A stretch of 64,000 nt of DNA from Felis catus (taxonomy: Eukaryota). The DNA is taken from assembly GCF_018350175.1 (NCBI RefSeq), contig NC_058373.1, positions 105,402,001 through 105,466,000 of the forward strand, given 5' to 3'. Shown piece by piece: positions 11,835 through 25,492 of the stretch. The position numbers and the translations under genes were made by a program. The notes beneath the pieces were generated by a model, which had not been told where the DNA came from, did not search any database, and saw nothing but the letters and a program-made list of their open reading frames with translations. How positions within the stretch are numbered: the first letter of the stretch is position 1; each line of letters begins with the position of its first letter.

Positions 11835-11959
11835 TGCCACTTGATTTTTAAAGTGAAAGGTCTCTGCCTTCCCATGTAAATGCATTTATATGTAATATCT
11901 AGGGCACATTTACATTTCCTCAAGTGTTTAGAGGAACTTTTAAAAAAATTTAAAAATTC

Positions 11960-11991
11960 AAATAAATAAATAAATAAATAAATAAATAAAA
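11960..11991. repeat. (TAAA)n microsatellite
   Basis: Direct observation. Confidence 0.9.
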
Positions 11992-12743
11992 TTAAAAAAT
12001 TAAATTCAAAATCAATCCTTGATAAAAGGATGTTATTCTAAATATTTGCCTAAATTCAGTTGATTCAGAGCATTCATGGGAAGTGTTTAGTAGGCCTAAT
12101 GGTTGAAATTGATAATCATGTGGTGAATCTGTTGTATGGATTGATTGATTCTGATCATAGCTATAGAGTTACCAAAATCAAAGATGAACTTGTGCTCTGG
12201 TGAATTCAGAGACTGAAATGACACCCATTCTGTCAAGAAGTTCCTAATAGGAACGAAAAGAACATACAATGAGAAGAATGTAACAGTCCTTATATTTGTA
12301 GCCTTTGCTATCTTTTGTATCTCTTTATGTAATGTGTGAATAAGGTTTACGAAGTTAGAATCTTTGGAACGGACCCAGTGATTTGCTGGCCACTAGCATT
12401 TATCCCATAAATGACTTTTTTGAGCTTTGTCCCCTAAATGATATCCCATGTTAGGAAAGAGTTACAGTTATTCCCCCAAAGCCAAAATTAGGCCAAGGGA
12501 GAAACATTCTTTCTCCAGAATCTCATTAGTTGATATTTAGAGGAAAGGATTTAAGAGGCTGAAAATATGGCTCATTGCCTAAGACACACATATTTTATTC
12601 TTAAAAAACAAATTTGTGGAAGATAGCATTGTAACATTTAGATAAATGTGCCTAATTTTCTGTTTGTCCTCACACCCAAGTTTTTAAGTTAAAAGTTATT
12701 TAAAACCTACACATTAAATAAAATTGAAAAAAAAGGCAAATCA

Positions 12744-12910
12744 GGGTGCCTGGCTGGCTCAGTCGGTTAAGTATCTGACTTCCGCTCAGGTCATGATCTC
12801 ATGGCTCATGAGTTTGAGCCTCACTCAGAGCCTAGAGCCTGCTTCGGATTCTGTGTCTCCCTCTCTCTCTGCCTCTCCCCTGCTTACACTCTGTCTCTGT
12901 CTCAAAAATA
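12744..12910 (+). mobile_element. Can-SINE with an internal deletion and no A tail
   Basis: TSD aaggcaaatca; lacks the ggctctgtgctgacag segment seen in other copies. Confidence 0.9.
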
Positions 12911-13009
12911 AGGCAAATCAACATTACTCTATTAATCAAACAATTCTTAATATTTTGATGTGGTTCCTCTAAGTATTTTTTCTATGCATATGCCGTAGTT
13001 GCTATCCTA

Positions 13010-13180
13010 TACATAAAAATATGTATATGTATATACACATACATATATATGCTTATATATAAACTTATATAAAAGTATATGCTGTATATATGGAAGTGTG
13101 TATATATTTATATATATTTATATTATATATTAAATATATATTTATTATATATGTACTTAAATGATATATAATATTTTATT
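13010..13180. repeat. AT-rich low-complexity, degenerate (TA)n
   Basis: Direct observation. Confidence 0.85.
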
Positions 13181-13782
13181 GTTGTATTCAATAGTTTATT
13201 TAGCCATTCCTCCCATGATGGAAATTTATTTTATTTCTATTCAGGACCCAGCAACTCTGGCCCACCCACCAACTGGGCCTGAGATGTTCTTCCTTCCTTT
13301 CCCCACCCGTTCTCAGGGCATGTCTCCAGAATCCACATTCTAGACTGTTCCCTCAAGGAGCTTGATCTCAGAGGTCAAGCTTCATTTTGGCTCTCTTGCT
13401 CTGCTCTACCCTGATGTACTTGACATTTTGAACTGTTCCTTCTGGTAAGGCTAACTTGCCAGGAAGCTGAACTTAAATTCTCTGTTCATTTTGCTTCTAA
13501 CCCTGTCTATATTTTCCCAGCTAGTCCTAGGTTTATAGATCTTGGCTTGGGCCAGAGCACAAGGCCTCAGCTCTCCACTGGATAAAAGTCAGGGTGGCAG
13601 GGAAAGGCCACTAAATCTCTGGTTTGTGCCTATTAAAAATGACTCTGGGATGAGCAATTTTTTTTCATAAAATTTCCCCTCATACTTAGGATTATTTTTT
13701 TAGGATAGAATCCCAGAAATGGAATTACTAAATTAGGGGTTATGACTATTTTTAAAGCTGTTAATATTTATTATCAACTGAA

Positions 13783-13900
13783 TATAGCTAACATTTATTA
13801 ACTGCTTCTGAGACATTATCTCATTTACTTCTCACAACAGTCATATACATATCCTCATTATGGATAAGGAAATGGATGCATAGAGAGTATGTTTAACACT
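13783..13900 (-). mobile_element. MIR fragment
   Basis: tagctaacatttatt...attatctcatttacttctcacaac...gataaggaaat. Confidence 0.55.
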
Positions 13901-14047
13901 ACAGTGCATTATTTTGAGCTATCAAAATGGCTCTGTCGTTGTTTATTATAACTCAAAAGGCAACAATAGGCTTTGTTAATGTGTTTGCCTATTTTTGGTG
14001 GAGGGGGGAGTATGGTAACAGGAAAGGTTGGTTAAATAATTTTGTTT

Positions 14048-14262
14048 CTTTTTTAAAAAAATTGTTAAAAATGTTTATTTTTGAGAGAAAGAGAATGCAA
14101 GTGGGGGAGGGACAGAGAGAGAGGGAGACACAGAACCCAAAGCAGGCTCCAGGCTCCGAGCTGTCAGCACAGAGCCCGATGCGGGGCTCGAACTTATGAA
14201 CTGTGAGATCACGACCTGAGCCAATGCCGGACACTTAACTGACTGAGCCACCCAGCCACCCC
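14048..14262 (-). mobile_element. Can-SINE
   Basis: Complete antisense SINE body. Confidence 0.93.
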
Positions 14263-14458
14263 AATGACGTTTCTTTTTAAAAAGTAGTTGTGAATTTTCC
14301 CTTTGAGCATTATTTGTACAAAGGTTGTCAGATTTATGAACACAAAATCAGTTTTAAGCCAAAAGATAAACAGGAGGGCTCATTGTTGAATTATTCATCA
14401 GCTATTTCAGTACCTCCCATGTGCATAGCACTGTGTTAGGAGCTATGTGGATGCTGAG

Positions 14459-14588
14459 CTAGAATGTGGGCTCCATGAGTGGAAAAGAGGAGAGGGATTC
14501 TGTCTACTTTGTTCAGTGCTATATTACAGCACCAGGACAGTGCTTGGCACACAGTAGGTGCTCAAGAAATATTTGTGGAGTGAATGAA
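14459..14588 (+). mobile_element. L2 3' end
   Basis: ctagaatgtgggctccatgag...cagtgcttggcacacagtaggtgctcaagaaatatttgtggagtgaatgaa. Confidence 0.8.
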
Positions 14589-14604
14589 AATGTGTTCATC
14601 GTTT

Positions 14605-15320
14605 TTACCAGTTAGGGTTTGGTTCATCAGTGAGTGACAGAAACTTCAAAATAACAAAGACTAGGGGCACCTGGGTGGCTCAGTCAGTTAAGTGTCCAAC
14701 TCTTGGTTTCAGCTCTGGACATGATCTCACTGTTTCGTGGGTTCGAGCCTCATGTTGGGCTCTGTGCTGGCAGTGCAGAGCCTACTTGGGATTCTCTGTC
14801 TCCCTTTCTCTCTGCCCCTCTCCCACTCGTGCTGTCTCTGTCTCTCTCGGGATAAATAAATAAGCTTAAAAAAATGTTTTTTAAGTAACAAAGACTCAAG
14901 CTGGACAGAAATCTATTTCTTACATGAAATTAATCTAGAGGAAAACAACCCAGGCAGTTAGGGAAGGCTCATAATGTCATCAGGGCCCAGTGTATCCATG
15001 TCTTACTGCTCTGTATTCTCTGGCATCTGACTTTCACTTCAGGGTCCCAGCTGACTGCTTGAGCTCCAGCCATCACATCAACATTTCCAAGAAAAAGGAG
15101 AAAAGAAGAGCACGCTTCCTTTCTTGAAAGGCACTTCCTGTAAGTTGCACACAGCTCTTTTATTTATCTCACACTGGCCAGAACTTAATCACATTGTGAC
15201 TTCTAACAGCAAGGAGGCTAGGAAATGTGGACTTTGTTATGGCTGGCTATGTGCCCCAGGTAAAATTGGAAGTCCATTACTCTGGAAGAAGGAAAAAATG
15301 TATTTGGGGACAGCTCGCAA
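14605..15320. mobile_element. Old MaLR LTR (MLT1-type) interrupted by a SINE
   Basis: cagttaggg...gtgacagaaac start; ctccagccatcacatc, ggccagaacttaatcacat, gcaaggaggctaggaaatg motifs. Confidence 0.6.
14664..14874 (+). mobile_element. Can-SINE
   Basis: TSD taacaaagact. Confidence 0.93.
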
Positions 15321-16008
15321 GATCTCTTGGTAGTACACTTAAATCTTCTTAGGAGATGAAGCCATATACACATTAAATTTTAAATAATCACATGAAGGTT
15401 TTATATTATTGAAACCAAACAAGTTGTAGAGATGATAGGAAGCACAGAAAGAATACAGTTAAAAACAGCATCGTGGTTGAGGCGTGGGCCTGGATACATG
15501 GAGGGTAGTGGGCAAATTGGAGGATAGTCCAAGGGCAGCAGATGTTTTATATTATGTAGTGGTGGTAAAAATAAAAAACGAAAATTATGGTGGTTATGAA
15601 TAAAATTCTGCTTTTGATCATCAAGAAAAGGTCATAGTCAAGGTTTCAAAATCAATATATTTTATTTAAAGGGTACTTTTATTTCCTTTAAACAAATTTT
15701 TAAGGTCCTGTTACTTGGACTTCTCCCTTCAAGCCTCCTGCAATTCTGCTGTGTTTAATCAGTGGTTCTCCAAGGCCTCAATTTTCTTTATAAGGCTCCA
15801 CTGTTCCTTTGTGGGGCACAGTACTCTTAGGGAACTCTTGTGGCCAATGGAGATTTCTCCCAGAGTTAGGGAACTGTAGTGTCCCTGTTCAACAACTGCT
15901 GTCTCAAAAGTCCCTAATGTAAAAAAAAAAGGGGGGAAAAATTGTTCCACATATTTAGAGACTGGATTTCTTTCTCTTAACTTATTTAAAAAATTATACA
16001 TATGGTAC

Positions 16009-16088
16009 ACATTCATCAAAGAATTAGAAAACATGGGTGGGCAAAATGACATTCATCAAAGAATTAGAAAACATGGGTGGGCAAAATG
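16009..16088. repeat. Perfect 2 x 40 bp tandem duplication
   Basis: acattcatcaaagaattagaaaacatgggtgggcaaaatg at 16009-16048 and 16049-16088. Confidence 0.97.
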
Positions 16089-19039
16089 AAAAAAATAACC
16101 TATAATCCCACTCTCCAGAGATGACCACGGTTAATATTTTTTATGCCTCAAAAAATATTCACATAAACATTTATTTAAAAAAAATACTGTCAGATCAATG
16201 TTCACTACACTTTCAATTTAACGATCTAGCATGAACTCTTTTATGGTCAGTAAGTATAACTGCATCATCATTTCAAAAGGCTACATAATATTTTGTGGGG
16301 GCAATGTGGAAAGCCCGACTTTCAGTGATATGAAATATGTCTGTGTTCCTTTTTATCAGGAATTTAGGAGAACTGCTTACTTACAGGAGCAGACAGGGAG
16401 CAGAAGGCTTGAAAGAAGGTCATCAGAGAAGGTTAGTTTCACGCTTGCCTGAGGGTGAGAGACTGAATCTAATACCTGGACAACTGGTCGCTCCCAAAGG
16501 AGGCCCTCTGGAGAGGTGGCTATCAGTGGGGATCAGTATTGCTCATAGCCTGGGGCTCCCCCAGGAAGCAGCCTGGAGCCCAGGTGAGAGCCTGTTTGGA
16601 GGCAGATGGTGCTGGAGAAGTCACGTCAGGCCAGCTGGTGTTCTGTAAGCAGCCCTCATTTGTTGGATCCTTCCTTTTTCTCCAACTGGCATTAGGAGGT
16701 CAGAGCTCTGTCACACTGGGTGTAGATTTGTGCCTTCTTTGACTGCTACCTCATTCCTCAGTTACCTCACCCCCTTATTCACCAGTTGCTCACATTCTGC
16801 TACCAATATCTGGTGTACATTGAATGCAATTACTTCATGAGCTAGGAATGTGCAAGCGCTTAAGTCTTCCCACTCAGGAGCCTCTAGAAATAAAACTCAG
16901 ATTAGGTAGCAGCTAGGGTGGGATAATCAAGTACATTTTTTAACAGTGACATAATAACTTTCCTCAGTGATTTCCTATTGTTTGAAGGGGATCATTATCT
17001 CTCTGTGAAACCACATCTGACAGTGAGGCTGAAGTGAGTTGCTGAAATGCTGGTCCTTACCTCTGAATGGTAAGAGCCCACCTGCCTCCATCTAATGGGC
17101 TTTGTACCATCAGGGCACCAAATGGATGCTGGGTGCTTGCAGGCTGCCCTGATGTTGTGCACTGAGGGACATGTCTTATAATATGAGAACTGCACCTGAA
17201 ATAGATTCTGCTCCACAAGACCAAACTTGTTCTTTCTAGTGGATAAATGACCTCAGGGATCATTGGCTTTTAAGCGTTATAAATTTTTATGACATTATGA
17301 AAGAGATGGGGCTGCAATAAATCACTTAGAATTAACTATTTCCATTTTCTGGATAATGGATTGGGTGTAGTATCCCAGCAACTGTGGGTAGACTACAGAA
17401 GGGAGTCCAGAAATAGGATACAAAATGTGTACAACAAAATTGTCCAAGTAAGCCATGTTACCTCTCCCCTGATATGGCTGATTATTTAAATAGAAGTTCA
17501 CTGCTCAGGAGCAGTGTTAATCATTGATGGGAAATTAAATGAAAATAAAACCTGGTTAAGTTCTTAGAGGATCCCAGAATGGGAATTTGGAAAGGTAAGG
17601 GTAGCCTTAGGCTAGATAAGCTGGGGAAGTAACTGAAGATAAAAACAGAAGAATTCAAGGGGGATTAATGCAGAGATATAAACTTGAGGGAAATGAAAGA
17701 AAGAAAGGACGGGAGGAAGGGAAATAATTGCAGATATAACTGTTACACGGTATGGAAATAAAAATGTTTCAAAATGCTAAAAATAGTTTTTTAGGTAAAA
17801 GAGCCAGAGTTGGAGTAGGTTTCACATGTTAAGTAGAATTCTGCATATTCAGAAGGATCCTTTTTATTTTTTTGGTAAGGGAAAATTCAAAGACTGAGAA
17901 AGATGCCACATGTTTCCAGGGGACAGTCTTTTGGAGGTGCGTTGCCTGGAAGCTATTCTGTCTATTAATAGTCATGGAGTTAAAATAAGTAGCTTTTTAA
18001 AGGGGAATTGAGATCAGGGACTAAGGGGAGTCTTGTGATTTGACAGTCAAGGCTATTGGCCACTGGGCTATGTGTCCATAGGTGCCAGTGCTGAGAGAAA
18101 CAAAAAAAGTCTGAAAACAGATGAGGCAACAGAACTAGAGAATCATAAAGCACTTTGTTGAAGGTTACACTGCTCACTATTGGCATAGCAAATTCCTTGA
18201 TGATTTAGATATTGCTAAGGAATCCAGTGACTTTGGGATAAGTTGTGGATCAATCAGCAGAAGGCAAGTAGGTAGGATGTTTTAGGCCCAGACAGTGAGA
18301 TGTACTTTATATTTTTCTCAGCTTCTGTGAAATGTTGGCATCGAACAGGTGGTTGTAACCCTAGCAAAGGCTGGGAAAGGGGCCATGGCTGTGCAGTTGG
18401 GAATGTTGAGTTGGGTGTTATCGTCCAAGATAATGGACCAGTCATCTAGGTAGAGCTAGCTAGAAGTATCAAATCCTCAGGAGTCATGAAGCTTAAGTGG
18501 TGGTGGGTCAAAGACGGAAGAGGCAATATCTGGGATAGAGTCTCCAGAAAGGGTCAAATGGTCAAATGCTTTAGCATTTTGCTGTTAAGAACTTCTTTCT
18601 GCCTTGCCCTGTACCTGGGCCTTGTCAGTCTTAAAGCAGCGGTATTTGGAAGCAGCTGTTAAACACAGATGTTGTACTTGTGAGAAAAAGTTTGCAAGTG
18701 TCAGAAAATAGTGAAGTCAACCTAAGCGAAAGTAGCTATTATTAGGAGACAAGGTGCGTTGGGATCTTGGGACTAGCCTAGAAGCAAAGACTGGAAGCCT
18801 GTTAGGCCTTTCTGTCTCTAGCGTTTGTTCCTCTCTGTGTTTCTGCTTGGTGTGTTGTGAAACAACCTTATTCTAATCAGCACTGTCAGCACACCAGTGG
18901 AATACAGTGTCCAGGCCTGCACTCCGAGTTGGGAGGGGACAGCATGAAGTCTGTTTGAAGGGGAGCCATAGGTACGATTGAAGAGCTAAAAACAGGTCCG
19001 AGAGGAGAGGCTAGAGGACTGGGAATAATTCATTGAGGA

Positions 19040-19350
19040 AAAGTCCACAATTCGACAGCAAAATCGTCTTAAGTATATGATAGATTATCAGTGTGAGAAG
19101 ATGGCGACAGACTGACTGTTCTTTGTCTTCACTAAGGATAAACCAAGAGGGAACAGACTTGAATCACAGCAAAGACGGATTCGGGCTGGATGAAAAGTAG
19201 GAGGTAGTGGCCGTGGAGGCTGCAGGCATCTTGATGGCTTTTGGGAGAAAGTGGAGGAGCTCTTTGGACAAATGGGTGATTCTTGTCTCTCTGGAATGAT
19301 GTTTGCTCTGTCTTCAGGCAGGGTGGTGACCTGGAAGGGCCTGTCAGCCC
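19040..19350 (+). mobile_element. Possible CR1/L3 3' remnant
   Basis: Weak resemblance (gataaaccaagagggaacagacttgaatcacagcaaagacggattcgggctgga). Confidence 0.35.
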
Positions 19351-20837
19351 TTCTTAGTTTGGGGACAGATTGTTTGTTGGGTCAGAGAAGCTCTTGTTTT
19401 GTCTGGCCAGTGTCTGAAGGGACTTCTTAAGCTCTTTGGTATTTTCTCAGGGTTACAAGCATATTGTGCCATTAAATAATTTTCTACCTTCTGTTCATTA
19501 GTCTCAAGTTTCAGTGTCTAGCTGACAAAGTACATTTATGTTAGACTTTTAGGTTTGGGGCATATGTTGCTGTTTATTTAGAAAATGATTAAATAATATG
19601 ACGTCCAAGCTGCTTCCTGCCTTCAGAGCATCCAGCGACTATTTCACAGATATGAGACTGAAATGCTTATTTGTTTTGTTTTCAATCATGTGATTTGATT
19701 TTTAAAATAAAATTAATTAATATATACCTTCCAATTGAAAAGAAAAATGATTTATATCTCCTCCTCTTAATTCTTTAAACTCAACATTTACCTTATTCAG
19801 GTACATGTGATTTAAGTATACCGCTCGGCTCATAAAGTGAAGGTGGGGGGGGGGAGTAACATTTGGCGATGAAATCCTCAAAACTAGCTTTGAATGTTGG
19901 CTGTCTTATGCATTCAACGGAAACCTTCAGATGATAGCAAAAAGTCCATCGAAACTTGAAACTTTCATCTAGTACTTATCAAGAAAAATGTCTTCAGATG
20001 TTTCCCAGCCAAAGACACCATGGCAAAAAAAAAAAAAAAAAAAAAATTACAATGAAAGAGGAGTGTTGTAATGGGTTGTTTAGTGCCTAGAAAGTCATTA
20101 GAGTAAAACTCAACCTCACATTTTGATTCCTCTCCCGGGCCCATTCATCTCTCAACTGCAAGTCCTTCTCTAGGTTGCTGGTGTCTCTGACCAGCTGAAA
20201 GTAGTTTAATGGTGAGCAGGATTCTTTTCTAGAAGAACGAAGCTGTTACAAAAAATAAGGCCTCAGAATAATAATAAACAACGTCTGTTTCTGATAATTA
20301 CCCACAAAATTTGTATGCACCACCCATTTTGACACCGATAGACTGTTTTGCTTCCAAATGGACGTCAATTTAAATCATGCTTTATAATGCCTTCTCTTCC
20401 ATTCTACTGACTTCCTCACCATTTTAGTCCTTAATGATAGAAACTTCATATCTATCACAAGTTGTTACGGACCCAATATTATATTTACTCCCGTTTTGTT
20501 TTATTTCTCTGTATTAGGTTTGGGTGAGATTCCAAAGAATTGTGTACAGAGGTGTGCTAGTGTTGCACAGCACCCATTACTCAGGGGAGACGTATCTTTG
20601 AAGACAGGGTGCTGCTTGAACCCACCAGCTGACAAAAGGGTCAGATGACAGGGGACAGCAGAGGCGTCAAGGCAGCCTGGGCTGCTGCAAATGGCTTGTG
20701 TGGTCCAGGAGTTTATAGTGGACCCAGATGTAATAGAGGCTAGGGAAGTGTCTTCCCTTCGGGGTGGGCAGGCAGTGAGAGGCCAGAGAAAAAGTCAAGG
20801 GCACAGTGAGGCTGCCAGAAGTGGAATTCAGCCATTC

Positions 20838-21052
20838 TTTTTTGTTTTGTTTCGTTTTTAATGTTTATTTATTTTTGAGAGAGAGAGAGAGAGCGCAAGA
20901 GAGCATGCTGGGAAGAGGCAGAGAATCCGAAGCAGGCTCCAGGCTCTGAGCTGTCAGCACAGAGCCCCATGTGGGGCTCGAACTCACGAACTGCGAGATC
21001 ACGACCCGAGCAGAAGTCGGATGCTTAACTGACTGAGCCACCCCGGCACCCC
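20838..21052 (-). mobile_element. Can-SINE
   Basis: Antisense body; TSD cagccattc/cagtcattt. Confidence 0.93.
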
Positions 21053-21278
21053 ACAGTCATTTTTTTTTTGGATGAATAACTGATGTTGGCATCGGAGATC
21101 TGGCTGCTACTCAGGCAATGTCTGCCCTTACAGGCCTTCACCCAGAAATCTGTTTAGAAATGTTGGTACTCTCATTAGACAGGGCATTTCATACTAATTT
21201 CAGATTATCTCCAAGCACTAGTTTTAAAACCGTTAAGCTTCTCTTGTTTTTCTTATGATAATGTTCTTTATCCCAGTA

Positions 21279-21752
21279 CCAATGGTTTCCAGCTTACAAT
21301 CTGACTTAAGATTTTTTGACTTTATGACGGTGCAAAAGTGATATGCATTCACTAGAAACCATACTTCGAATTTTGAATTTGGATCTTTTCCTGGTCTAGA
21401 GATATGTGGCACCATACTCTCTTGTGATGCCGGGTGGTCACAGCCAGCTGTAGCTCCCAGTCAGCACGGGGTCACAAGGGTCAACGACCCGTACACTAAC
21501 AAGCATTTTGTACCCATACAGCTGTACTGTTTTTCACTTTCAGGACAACATTCAATACATTAGCTTGACTGTAGAATGGGCTTTGCGTTAGCTGTTGGTT
21601 CAGAACTGTGGATTCTGAGCATGTTTAAGGTAGGCTAAGCTAAGCTATGATGATCAGTTGATTGCATATATTAAATGAATTTTCAACTTATGTTTTCAAC
21701 TTACGATAGGTTTTTTTGGGATGTAACCCCATCATCAGACGAGGAAGATTTG
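21279..21752 (-). mobile_element. TcMar-Tigger non-autonomous DNA transposon (MER47B/Tigger5-like)
   Basis: TA flanks on both sides; ctgagcatgtttaaggtaggctaagctaagctatgatg and gggatgtaaccccatc...cgaggaagatttg match the recalled MER47 consensus in reverse. Confidence 0.8.
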
Positions 21753-24029
21753 TACAACAAGATTTTGCAAGTGGCCCAAGGCAAAAACTGAGTGCCAGGT
21801 CTCCAGTATTTATCCAGCCCTCTATCCCTTGGGTGCAAGGCCATCCTGGGAGTTACTTAGGTACTCTCCCTCTCCCTTATCATGCTTAGGCTTTGCTTTC
21901 AGTTAGGCACCCCAAATCTAAGAGTAAGGGTCCTTTGAAAGCAACTCCTGTCCTATGTAAAGTAAGTCCATGGCGCTATGAATCTATGTGACTTGCCCAC
22001 ATTCAGTGAGGGAAAAGCATACATGCTCACCCAAAGTGAGGCTGTCTCGATACATTATACTTTAGATGGCATACATTCCCTTAATTGGTTAAAAAAGTAA
22101 AACTAAGGTGATTACTTTGTAAACATTTTTACAACAAATAGAAATGCACATTTTTGTGCGTGTGTTTCTCTCAGCAGGGCGAAGGGGGCAGATGTCATGT
22201 AGCCATTGAAGCAATAGTGATTTTCCTGAGTCCCCTGGTAAGGGGAGACAGTGTTCACGTCCTACCATTAAACTGCGCTGTGCTGTTAGGGTCTGTTGGC
22301 TGTAAGCACTGAGGACACAGAGTGAAATAGGAGTGAGGGTGGGTGAGTGGAAGTGATTGGCAGAATCCTGAAGAGATATGCTTAACTTTAATCTCTTCCT
22401 GACGTCTGTTTTTAGATTCGCTAAAGAAAGAAGCTTGGAGAGGGAGAACAATGCAGGAGAGAGAGCATCTTGTTAAAGAGGTGTTGGGGTGATGAGGTCA
22501 GATGGCTTCAGGAGAGCAAAGGATTTGTTCCTAAAGGTAGGGCTGGTGTACTTTCGGGCCACCTATGGGCTTGTGAGGAGTGAGCCAGCCAGCCCAGAGA
22601 CAAAGCAAAATGAAATAGGGAGGACTGTGGGAATCCTCAGCAGTTGGACTGACCCCCTACTGCCTGACCTCTCAGGCCTGGTTCTTAGCGCAGTTGAACC
22701 CAAACGTTCTAAGTCGCTGATAGCATGCCCTCCCAATTTGGAGCTGGGGAGGGAGGGTTGGTCAGAAGAGGAGTCAGGAAAGTCAACATTCCAAGTTCTG
22801 GAATAAGTAGAAGACAGCCTTGCTACCCTGCATAGTGACAGCTGAAAATCCCAAGGGAGACTTCTGTTTGGGCGTCGTGACCTTTCCTGTCACATCTCAG
22901 CATTCTGGCAGGCTGTTGGAGAGACTTGTGTGACAGGCTCACCTTTCAGCGGGCCTCCATCACACCACAGACTGCAGCAGGGAAGAGGCAGGAGAGAGAA
23001 GAGAGCTGGCCCCTGCTTCCTAGACACTTCCGTCCCCCAGAGTCGGGACCAGGTCACAGAGGTCACCAGTCATGCGGTAACATCCTGATGATAAAGTGGA
23101 ATGCCTCTCCCCTAATCCTCTGAACGTGATCTTTGCATGGATTATTAAAGAAAGGATGTTTATCTCACTTGGGCCATCGTCCACACACATCCCGGCCCCT
23201 TTTCCAACTCCCTCGGCAGAGACACCTGCCACAGTTAGAATCCTGGCATCCTCAGGGGGAGCTCTTGATTCTTAATTATGCGGAAAACCTCTCTCTCTTT
23301 CTCTCCCCCCCCCTTTTAAAAATGATAAATGACTTAGGAGAAGCAGGCACAACCATGTCTTCTCAGGATTGTTTAGTAGGAGATGTGGAGGTAGAAATAT
23401 GATGGATTGGATTCGAATTCGCTTAGCTCTGACAAAGATAAATTGTCACTAAAACCATAAGGTTGCATATTTTCACAATCAAGCCCATTTCACTTTTGAA
23501 ACTAGGTATTCTCTATAGGCTTTTTGTCAGCAACGGAAAAGGAATGGGGTAATAATGATCAGATTAGAGGAATCTCATTAAAAGCACTAAGGCAGTTGGT
23601 TTGCTTGGTTGAAATATTTGGTTAAGCTGCTTGTCTCGTTGCTTCTCTTGCACCAGGAAGAGTGAGGAAACCACTGGTGCCTGCGGCCACCATGATAATG
23701 AAATAGACACGTACCTGTTGTGGCAAGCATCATGTTTTTCCACAATAAATTGAAAGTGACTTCTGTTCACATTATGTAAAAAAAATACATTTTGAATATA
23801 TTTTTATAGTACTCAGATAAAAACAATGGACTTGTCATGGGCAACATTTTCTCAAAGATTATATATTTATAATTACTTTAATGCATAGGCTACGTCTGAA
23901 ATAATATGTATAAAACCTGATAAGTTTGGTTGCCTCTGTGTCAGGGAACTGGATGATTGTGGGAATGGGCTATTATTAAATAATTTAAAAATGACCTATT
24001 AGAATATTACCTATGAAAATGAAAATTAA

Positions 24030-24247
24030 GGGGCTCCTAGGTGGCTCAGTCAGTTAAGTATCTGACTCTTGATTTTGGTTCAGGTCATGATCTCGTGGTT
24101 TGTGGGTTCGGACCCCGTGTCGGGCTCTGCCCTGAGAGCACAGAGCCTGCTTGGGATTCTCTCTCTCTCTCCCTCTCTCTCTGTTCCTTCTCTACTCATG
24201 CTCTCTCTTCCTCTCAAAATAAATAAATGAACATTAAAAGAATTAAA
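24030..24247 (+). mobile_element. Can-SINE
   Basis: TSD gaaaatgaaaatt. Confidence 0.93.
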
Positions 24248-24744
24248 GAAAATGAAAATTTAAAAAATTTCTCTTAAAATATTTCCTTTATTGTGAGGTG
24301 AACACCAGGCCCGCTGGTGTGCTTTGTCTGTTAATGTGCATGATCTATCCATAGTATACATTCACCTGCCCTGGCTGGTGTTGAAGACAGGTACAAAGGC
24401 ATAGGCACAGGGGTAGCAAAGGGCTAACAGAAAGCCAAATCTATCAGGTTCATTGTCCCATACCTCCCTGGAAGGGCCAATGATTGTGATTGGTTAGAGA
24501 CTGCTAACTCATGTTAATGTAAACATGAACTTAAGATCAACCATCTTTTATTATTTATTGTATAAATATGCTATCTGTTTAGAGCAGGACATTTAGACAT
24601 GTGAGAAATAGAAGTCACCCATAATCTAGCTACTCAGAGATCATTCTTGCTAACCCTTCGGAATATATCCATATATATCTGTAAAGGCCGTTTCTATGTT
24701 TATCTGTTTCCATATATGGCTGTGTCTGTGAGTGTGGGCATGTG

Positions 24745-24950
24745 TGAGGCTGCCAACTAAATTCCCCCCAAGGGCCAGGCAGATAAATGTGTGAAATCAG
24801 CTGGATATAAGGCTAATTAGAGACTGACAAGCATTATGCCGAACGGGAGCACTTATACTTCACCTAAAGATACTCAAAGTTTCAATAATATGTGGCCACA
24901 TACAACAATCTGTAGGCTGCATTTAGCTTGCGGGCCATCCGTTTCTTTCA
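24745..24950. mobile_element. hAT-type MITE remnant (MER102/MER58-like)
   Basis: agggccaggcagataaatg start and gcatttagcttgcgggcc...gttt end resemble hAT-Charlie termini. Confidence 0.4.
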
Positions 24951-25066
24951 CAGCAGGTAATCAGGGTTATTATTTTTCTTCTCTATCCTTTCAGTGATAT
25001 TCTGTGTGTATGTCCATATTGTATACATGCAAAAACACATAAATCCATGCTTTTTCCCACTTTTTT

Positions 25067-25320
25067 TTAATTTTTATTTATTTTTTATTTTTTTTTATTA
25101 AAAAAAATTTTTTTTCAACGTTTTTTATTTTATTTTTGGGACAGAGAGAGACAGAGCATGAATGGGGGAGGGTCAGAGAGAGGGAGACACAGAATCGGAA
25201 ACAGGCTCCAGGCTCCGAGCCATCAGCCCAGAGCCCGACGCGGGGCTCAAACTCCCGGACCGCGAGATCGTGACCTGGCTGAAGTCGGACGCTTAACCGA
25301 CTGCGCCACCCAGGGGCCCC
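25067..25320 (-). mobile_element. Young felid Can-SINE (SINEC_Fc-type)
   Basis: CpG-intact body, long tail; TSD ttcccactttttt. Confidence 0.95.
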
Positions 25321-25492
25321 TTCCCACTTTTTTGTAAAGCAAATGACAGCATGTCAGTTGCAATTTTAACTCCAGACTCAGTTGAGCCTTTTGGATGACA
25401 GTTTGTTGTCTTGTCTGCATGAACACTTGTTACCTCTCTTCTGATCATCTTCTATGTTCTTCTTGGTCCTCTTCCAGGAGTTTAGGGGTTCT

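Noticed and set aside
17108..17154. 10-bp inverted repeat catcagggca/tgccctgatg as a possible pre-miRNA
   Set aside because: About one or two such stems are expected by chance in 64 kb, and the stem is too short for a pre-miRNA.
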